Origin: Bacillota bacterium | GTDB lineage: Bacteria; Bacillota; Ch66; Ch109 | Direction of reading: 5' to 3' | Length of the DNA: 64,000 bases | Assembly (NCBI GenBank): GCA_050952625.1 | Contig: JBMNLH010000001.1 | Span: 32,001-96,000 of the forward strand | In this document: one piece after another, positions 57,818 through 64,000 of the stretch | Position numbering within the stretch: the first letter of the stretch is position 1 | Layout: every line of letters begins with the position of its first letter | The notes under the pieces: generated by a model | What the model was told of the DNA's origin: nothing | The model's input: only the letters and a program-made list of their open reading frames with translations | Database searches by the model: none | Made by a program: the position numbers and the translations under genes

Positions 57818-58318
57818 TTAGTGAGTATTAACGCTATTGGCCCCGTATTTACGGAGAACCGAGGCGGCTTCGTTTACTTTGCTTGGGTCAGAATGAACCG
57901 AGACCATTATTTTACCGGAACGAATGTCTTGTTCCAGTTGGCGGCTTTCAGCTTCGGGAATTCCCCAATCAATTAAACTACCAGCAATACCACCGGTCGC
58001 CGCTCCGCCCAAAAGACCAGCAATTGGCCCAGCAGCAAAAAGAGGACCCAATCCCGGGATAGCCAGAGCACCTACCCCGGCCGCTAATCCAGCCAGACCG
58101 CCAAGTACTCCTCCAGTAGTGGCACCGTCAGATACAGAATCATTGCCAAATTCCATATCGCGGCGGCCTTGGGCACCTGCTCGATTGGCATTGCCCCGAG
58201 CGACTTCATCTTTAGCGACAATAGAAATCTCGTTATCGAAGCCTTTCTGGCGCAGTTCATTAACCGCCTGTTCGGCTTTGCTACGGGTATCGAAAGTACT
58301 AACTACTAAGTTTGGCAA
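57818..58318 (-). CDS. general stress protein (YflT/17M-like, Gly-rich)
   Basis: AEQAVNELRQKGF..EISIVAKD and GGVLGGLAG...IPGLGPL.AAG. Confidence 0.8.
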   Translation of the reverse strand: MPNLVVSTFDTRSKAEQAVNELRQKGFDNEISIVAKDEVARGNANRAGAQGRRDMEFGNDSVSDGATTGGVLGGLAGLAAGVGALAIPGLGPLFAAGPIAGLLGGAATGGIAGSLIDWGIPEAESRQLEQDIRSGKIMVSVHSDPSKVNEAASVLRKYGANSVNTH

Positions 58319-58716
58319 AAAGCATTTACCTCCTTTTCAATAAATAGTAACTTGCACTTTTCGCGTAACCGAACTTAGTATTCCCCGGTGTTAGAGATAT
58401 ATTCGGTTTAAACCTTTTTTTAATCCAAAATTTATCCGACGTTCCTATATCAGGTTTCATCCCCAGTAATTTGCTTAGCGGTTTAATTGCTCTTTTGTTT
58501 GAATTTTTGTGCTAAACTCATTACGTTATTTGAAGCTCTTATGGGAGTCTTCATAAGTTATTTTGCATAAACGATCCTTAGATTTTTAGATAAAAACAGG
58601 AAATATAATGATACATGTCGAATTTTTATCTCTAGCGAAATAAATATATTATTTCAGGAGATTTTAATGATACAAGAGTAAAAGATTACCCGAAAAAGAG
58701 GTGATTTTACCCCGTT

Positions 58717-59535
58717 ATGCATTCGCGGACGATCAACCGATCGGTTAAACGATATTACCGACAAGGACGAGTCGAGGAGTTTCTGGACTGCCTGGTTCGG
58801 GAGTTTCCCGTCACTCTCTACTTCAATGACCACGAACTAGTTACATTGTTGTGTACACCGGAGTATTTAGAAGATCTGGCGGTTGGTTTTTTAGTCTCCG
58901 AAGGGCTGATGCGGAGCCGAGAAGAATTGGAGTCAGTGGTAGCTGATTATGATAAAGGTCAGGTTTGGGTCAAGAGTTCGGCTGCCCACTTTATCGCAGA
59001 AAAGACATTTTTAAAGCGCTACCTGACTACCGGCTGTGGGAAAGGCACCAGTTTTTACAACCTAAACGATGTCCAAAGCTGTCGTCCAATAACCTCAGGG
59101 TTGCACGTGGACTTGGGACAGGTACTAGATCGAATAAAAGACCTGCAAACCAATTCCCAATTATTTCAAATCACAGGGGGAGTCCATAGTGCCGCTTTGG
59201 CCACGGCCGAAGAAGTTATTTTGTATCGAGAGGACATTGGCCGACATAATGCCGTTGATAAAATATTGGGATACTGCTTAAGACAAGGACAGGAACTAGC
59301 TGAAAGGATAATGCTGACCAGTGGACGTTTATCTTCTGAGATGCTGTTAAAGGTAGCCAAGGCCGGCATTCCCATGGTTGTTTCGCGTTCCGCCCCCACT
59401 GATCTGGCCGTCGAATTAGCCGACCAACTAGGCATTACCTTAGCGGGATTTGCCCGGGGACCGCGTTTTAACGTGTACAGCCATCCAGAGCGGATAGTTG
59501 GGTTGAGGGATGGAGGCATAGGGACGGAGACATAG
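58717..59535 (+). CDS. fdhD: formate dehydrogenase accessory sulfurtransferase
   Basis: LAVGFLVSEG, GCG, TGGVH, EDIGRHNAVDK, SAPT. Confidence 0.93.
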   Translation: MHSRTINRSVKRYYRQGRVEEFLDCLVREFPVTLYFNDHELVTLLCTPEYLEDLAVGFLVSEGLMRSREELESVVADYDKGQVWVKSSAAHFIAEKTFLKRYLTTGCGKGTSFYNLNDVQSCRPITSGLHVDLGQVLDRIKDLQTNSQLFQITGGVHSAALATAEEVILYREDIGRHNAVDKILGYCLRQGQELAERIMLTSGRLSSEMLLKVAKAGIPMVVSRSAPTDLAVELADQLGITLAGFARGPRFNVYSHPERIVGLRDGGIGTET

Positions 59536-59667
59536 GATGAGATATTGGGATATGAGAGGTTAAGTAAAAACTTATGCTTAAGGGTAAGGCGGCTGGGCGT
59601 TAGAGATAAAGCAACTGAAGAAATAAATATTATTTATTATTAATAAAGTAACGAGAAGGAAGAGATC

Positions 59668-60189
59668 ATGGGACAGCGATCAGTAGTGGAATCGGCAGGA
59701 GGGAGAGTCCCTCTTTTTTCTGTAGTAGGGGCTTCCAACTCCGGAAAAAGCACACTTTTGATTAAACTTGTTCAAGCCCTAAAGAACAGGGGCTATCGGG
59801 TAGCGGTTATTAAACATTCGCGAAATTTTGAAGTAGATCAGCCCGGCAAGGACAGCTGGCGTTATCGGGCTGTTGGAGCTGGACCGGTAATTTTGGCGGG
59901 TCCGGAGCAGATGGTCCTCTTTCGGGCCTGGGAAAAAGAATGGGAACCCGAGGAGATTGCTCAGAGCTTGACAGATGTAGATCTGGTGATTACAGAAGGC
60001 TATAAAAAGGGAAAGCGGCCCAAAATTGAGGTCTTCCGTGAAGATAACTCCCGCGAGTTGATCTGTCCGCCCGAGGATCTGATCGCCGTGGTCAGCGATG
60101 TTAATAAGGATTGGGGAGTGCCGGTTTTTGACCTGGAGCAAATTAAAGAATTGGCAGATTTTGTAGAAGCCCGATTTCTAAAACGGTAG
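59668..60189 (+). CDS. mobB: molybdopterin-guanine dinucleotide biosynthesis protein B
   Basis: GASNSGKST, VIKH, D.PGKDS, EGYK. Confidence 0.9.
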   Translation: MGQRSVVESAGGRVPLFSVVGASNSGKSTLLIKLVQALKNRGYRVAVIKHSRNFEVDQPGKDSWRYRAVGAGPVILAGPEQMVLFRAWEKEWEPEEIAQSLTDVDLVITEGYKKGKRPKIEVFREDNSRELICPPEDLIAVVSDVNKDWGVPVFDLEQIKELADFVEARFLKR

Positions 60190-60201
60190 AAGGGTGGGTC
60201 C

Positions 60202-62139
60202 GTGCTGGCGTTAATGAATAAAATCAAGGTTACTTTGTTGCCAGAAGACAGAGAAATATGGGTTCCTCAGGGAGAAATGCTTAGTGAGGCTTTACTGATG
60301 GCCGGGTTTGCCCTGGAAACGCCTTGTGCCGGGCACGGGGTTTGTGGCAAATGCAAGGTTCAAGTCATGGGTGCTCTGGCTGCTTCTACTTCCGCCAGTG
60401 GCGAATCTGCCGGTCACCTCGAACTCTACGCGGCTGAGTGGCAGCACCTAAGCTTGGAAGAGATACAGCAGGGCTACCGCTTAGCCTGTCAAGTGGTTTT
60501 ACAAGAGGATGTCCAGGTGAGAATATCCTCTGAGTTTCGGGAAGTATTACGGAAAACAATTGATATAACGAGTACTGGAAATGGCAGTAAATTCCCATTG
60601 TGTCCACTAGTCCGCAAAGCGTTTTTGGTGCTGCCGGAGCCGACGCTGGAAGACCGTCTGGGTGACTGGGAACGAATGGAACGTGGCCTGGTGGAAAAAG
60701 GCTTTTTGCCTCGACCGGATCAGATGGAACGGGGACTGCAATTAGATGGAGCGGTTTTACAGGAACTCCCCCGGGTATTAAGGGTCAATAATTATCAGGT
60801 TACAGCGGTTCTTTATGACAGTAAGCTGATTGCAGTTGAAGCCGGCGATACCACTGCCAGCAGCTATGGGATAGCCTTAGACATCGGCACCACGACGATG
60901 GTTGGAGGTTTAATTGATCTAGCAACCGGGGAACAATTGGCCGTAACCAGCCGCACCAATCCTCAGCGTTCTTTTGGGGCTGACGTTATTTCTCGCATTT
61001 CTTTTGGCAGCCAAGGGAAATCGCAGCTTGAAGAATTGCAGAGCCGACTGCTAGAAGCGGTGAACCAGATGATTGATGAGTTAATAGAAACAGCTCAGGT
61101 TGACCGAAAGCACATCTATGAAGCTGTCGTGGTGGGAAATACGGCTATCCACCACCTGTTTTTAGGACTTGACCCCACCTACTTGGGACAGGGGCCTTAT
61201 GTACCAGTAGTTACCCGGCCGCTGCGGGTGAAAGCGCGCCAATTGGGAATTCACCTGCGTGATTCGAGCTACCTTTATTTGCTCCCGAACATCGCTGGCT
61301 TTGTGGGCGGGGATGCCGTTGGGGTAATCTTGTCGACCGGTTTATATCAGAGTTCGGATATTAGACTGGCGGTGGACATTGGTACTAACGGCGAAATCGT
61401 TCTCGGCAGTGCTCAGCAATTATTGGCCTGTTCGACCGCCGCCGGACCGGCTTTCGAAGGAGCGCGAATTAAGCATGGCATGCGGGCAGCTGAGGGAGCG
61501 ATTGAAAAGGTGATAATGGAAGAAGACGTAAAAGTCGCCGTCATCGGGTCCGTTCTCCCAGTGGGGGTATCCGGCTCCGGGCTGATTGATGCGGTAGCAG
61601 AAATGCTGCGGTTAGGCATTATTGATCATACCGGGCGGATTCTAAGTCAGGCTGAACTCCCCGCTGAACTGCCGGAGTCGATTCGCCGTCGGGTGGTGAA
61701 GGATAACAACGGTCGGGAATTTATCCTGGTATGGGGCGAGGAATCGGGCAGCAGTCGGCCGATTACGATTAACCAGGAGGATATTCGTGAGCTGCAGTTA
61801 GCCAAAGGCGCGATTACCGCGGGAATTAAGGTCTTACAAAAAGAACTGGCCATCAAAAAAGACCAAATTGCCGAGGTTTACCTAGCCGGGGCTTTTGGCA
61901 GCTGTATTAATCCGGTAAGTGCCATGGCGATTGGCTTGATTCCGGCCATGCCTCCGGGTCGGGTCAAGGCTGTCGGTAATGCCGCCGGGGCCGGGGCCAA
62001 ACTGGCCTTGTTATCACGTTCAGCCCGGAAGCAGGCCGCAGGAATTGCCAGGGAAGTCAGGTATATTGAACTTTCCGGCCGGCCTGATTTTCAAGAAGCT
62101 TTTTTAAATGCCATGTATTTTCCAAATTTACGCCGGTGA
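60202..62139 (+). CDS. ASKHA-domain [2Fe-2S] corrinoid reductive activator (RACo)
   Basis: CAGHGVCGKC...RLACQ; DIGTTT, GADVISRI, DIGTNGE, AGPAFEG, LAGAFG. Confidence 0.88.
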   Translation: MLALMNKIKVTLLPEDREIWVPQGEMLSEALLMAGFALETPCAGHGVCGKCKVQVMGALAASTSASGESAGHLELYAAEWQHLSLEEIQQGYRLACQVVLQEDVQVRISSEFREVLRKTIDITSTGNGSKFPLCPLVRKAFLVLPEPTLEDRLGDWERMERGLVEKGFLPRPDQMERGLQLDGAVLQELPRVLRVNNYQVTAVLYDSKLIAVEAGDTTASSYGIALDIGTTTMVGGLIDLATGEQLAVTSRTNPQRSFGADVISRISFGSQGKSQLEELQSRLLEAVNQMIDELIETAQVDRKHIYEAVVVGNTAIHHLFLGLDPTYLGQGPYVPVVTRPLRVKARQLGIHLRDSSYLYLLPNIAGFVGGDAVGVILSTGLYQSSDIRLAVDIGTNGEIVLGSAQQLLACSTAAGPAFEGARIKHGMRAAEGAIEKVIMEEDVKVAVIGSVLPVGVSGSGLIDAVAEMLRLGIIDHTGRILSQAELPAELPESIRRRVVKDNNGREFILVWGEESGSSRPITINQEDIRELQLAKGAITAGIKVLQKELAIKKDQIAEVYLAGAFGSCINPVSAMAIGLIPAMPPGRVKAVGNAAGAGAKLALLSRSARKQAAGIAREVRYIELSGRPDFQEAFLNAMYFPNLRR

Positions 62140-62371
62140 AGATTCCTCTAGCGGGGATGGGCATACCATAAAAATTCGAGGTTGTCCGAAATATGTAGCG
62201 AAAACGTTGGTATAAGTAAACCATCTAGCTATGAGTCAAAGAAACAGGAATTTCCAAGTAAGGTAGGAATATTATTCTACAAAGAAAGGAACGGGAACAA
62301 TAATAAATCAAAATGAAACTGGTTTTGGAAAAAACCCGGTTGTTCCGTCCAAAGCCAAGGCAGATGTCCCA

Positions 62372-63595
62372 TTGTCGCTCCAACGAGCCAGGGTGCTGAC
62401 TGCCTGTTCCCACCGCCAACCCGATCAGGTGCCCAAAGGGGAATTCGGGATTGAGCCGGGTTTGCGGCAGCGGCTGCTTGGGTTGTTGCGCAAGGAACAA
62501 AGAATAATAAGCCATCCGGATAAAAACGTACCTGCTCCTGCGGGTAGTTGGCAAAATCAAGGGAGCGACCAGGCCAACAAATTATTGACCAAGAGCAAGT
62601 CAAGCGAGTCAGAGGAAATAGAACCACCAAAAAGCAGTTTTATCCACGCGGAATCGCCAAAGGACCAGACTGATCGAGAAATGGCCGAACTGATCTCGGT
62701 GTTGGCCGGGTTGGACATGGATCTTACCGCTGCGAACCCATATTTCGCGCCCCGTCAGGATTTAGGGCCTGACCCCCGCGGCCGGCGGCGGTGGCTGGAT
62801 TTCTGGGGAAATGAAGTAATTGAGGTTGGGGCGTCCACCGGCGTAGTTAGACCGGCCTGTTCTGGAATCAAGGAACTGCTGAACTACGCTTTCCCCCAGT
62901 TGGAGACAGTGGATTTTGCCATGATTAAGCGGTGGTCGCAGGAGACCCCGTTTTTTATTTTCAGCCAGGTGCCAGGACCGTTTAGCCTGCTGGCCGGGTT
63001 AACCTCGTTTCTGGATTTTTTACGGTTTACGGAAACTAACCAGTTGGAATTAAAGCAATTAGCCGCAGCAGCCGGCCAATGGCTGGGGGACTTGCTGCAA
63101 GCGTGCATTACCGCTGGAGCCCAGGGAATAGTGATTACCGAGGACCTGGCTTATAATCGAAGCCCCTGGATACACATAAAGGTATTGCGTCAAGTATTTT
63201 GGCCTGCTTTAGCGGAGATGGTCGAGTTAGCGAAAAAGGCCGGGGTGCCGGTTTTACTGCATTGTGATGGAGATGTCCGTTCCCTGCTGCCCGAGGTGGC
63301 GGACCTGGGTTTCAACGGAATTCACTCCCTGCAGCCTTCAGCCGGAGTTAATCTTGAGGTAGTTAAGGCTGAGTATGGTTCCCGACTTTGCCTGATGGGC
63401 AATCTCGATTGTGATTACCTCCTGCCGCAGGGAACTGTAGCAGAAGTTGAGGCAGCCACTCGGGAGACCTTGCGGGTGGGCAGCCCCGGCGGCGGATTTA
63501 TCCTGAGCAGCAGTGCTGGCATCCTTTCCTCAGACTGGCCAGCGGAAAACGTGCTGGCCATGTACCGAACGGCTGCTTCAGGCAAGTTTTTCTAA
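62372..63595 (+). CDS. uroporphyrinogen decarboxylase / MtaA-family protein
   Basis: EDLAY, LHCDG, LQPSAG, LMGNLD, GGGFILSS. Confidence 0.75.
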   Translation: MSLQRARVLTACSHRQPDQVPKGEFGIEPGLRQRLLGLLRKEQRIISHPDKNVPAPAGSWQNQGSDQANKLLTKSKSSESEEIEPPKSSFIHAESPKDQTDREMAELISVLAGLDMDLTAANPYFAPRQDLGPDPRGRRRWLDFWGNEVIEVGASTGVVRPACSGIKELLNYAFPQLETVDFAMIKRWSQETPFFIFSQVPGPFSLLAGLTSFLDFLRFTETNQLELKQLAAAAGQWLGDLLQACITAGAQGIVITEDLAYNRSPWIHIKVLRQVFWPALAEMVELAKKAGVPVLLHCDGDVRSLLPEVADLGFNGIHSLQPSAGVNLEVVKAEYGSRLCLMGNLDCDYLLPQGTVAEVEAATRETLRVGSPGGGFILSSSAGILSSDWPAENVLAMYRTAASGKFF

Positions 63596-63842
63596 GGAAT
63601 TGTTATGTTAATGGGAATTGTTATGTTAACGCTCAGGTTGACCTAGAGCCAGTTATTGTCATTGATGGTTGTGTCCTTGGGGCATGGATGGTTAACAAGC
63701 CTTGGATTAAAAAGACAAGAGTATACTAGGAACTATGACATACGGCAGCAGAAAAAAGATCTGGGCGGGCTAGAAAAGATAGCAGGGAATCCGGAAGTAA
63801 TTCCAGATTCCCTGTCTTATGGATTGGCACATTATTTATGAA

Positions 63843-64000
63843 CTAGCCGCGGATGAACATCTGAGTCCAGTAATGCTTGTACGATCCGCCAGCAGCGTAA
63901 CCAATGCCGATCTGGTTATAGTTGGCGTTCAGGATGTTTTGCCGGTGACCCGGGCTGTTCATCCAGCCTTGAACCACCTGTTGAGGGGTGGTTTGCCCAG
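63843..64000 (-). CDS. CAP/SCP-domain protein (YkwD-like), C-terminal end only
   Basis: Manual minus-strand translation GQTTPQQVVQGWMNSPGHRQNILNANYNQIGIG...YWTQMFIRG*. Confidence 0.85.
   Translation of the reverse strand, partial: GQTTPQQVVQGWMNSPGHRQNILNANYNQIGIGYAAGGSYKHYWTQMFIRG

Noticed and set aside
63596-63630. 18-bp tandem duplication ggaattgttatgttaa
   Set aside because: Only two copies, with no supporting context

Overview
Chromosomal window from a spore-forming, probably anaerobic Firmicute (Clostridia/Peptococcaceae-like; inferred from cwlD, SigH-type promoters and a RACo gene). It has three parts. (1) 1-9511 is the AT-rich end of a defence island: CBASS CD-NTase plus S-4TM effector, HEPN/DUF4145 proteins, a PD-(D/E)XK nuclease pair, two glycosylase-like genes and unknown ORFs. 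It ends in Tn7/TnsB-type termini (TGT...ACA with repeated GAGCAAACT sites), including a gene-less 454-bp mini-element just upstream of cwlD. (2) About 11.1-32.7 kb is a large NHLP/Nif11 RiPP gene cluster. It has a three-gene NHLP exporter, an ECF sigma factor followed by an anti-sigma-like protein carrying a double-glycine leader motif, at least five precursor loci (two missing from the ORF track), a PlpX-like radical SAM-SPASM-TPR enzyme, an OspR-like UPF0489 peptide arginase, a GNAT, a second rSAM and two unknown enzymes. (3) About 33-64 kb is mostly housekeeping: CoA-transferase III, AmmeMemoRadiSam genes, argC-J-B-F followed by an ArcE-like arginine synthetase, a c-di-GMP-I riboswitch, HD-GYP, MATE, rnpB, fdhD-mobB, RACo and a UroD-family protein. 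Six genes carry single-base frameshifts that may be assembly errors. All family calls come from motif recognition, not database searches.
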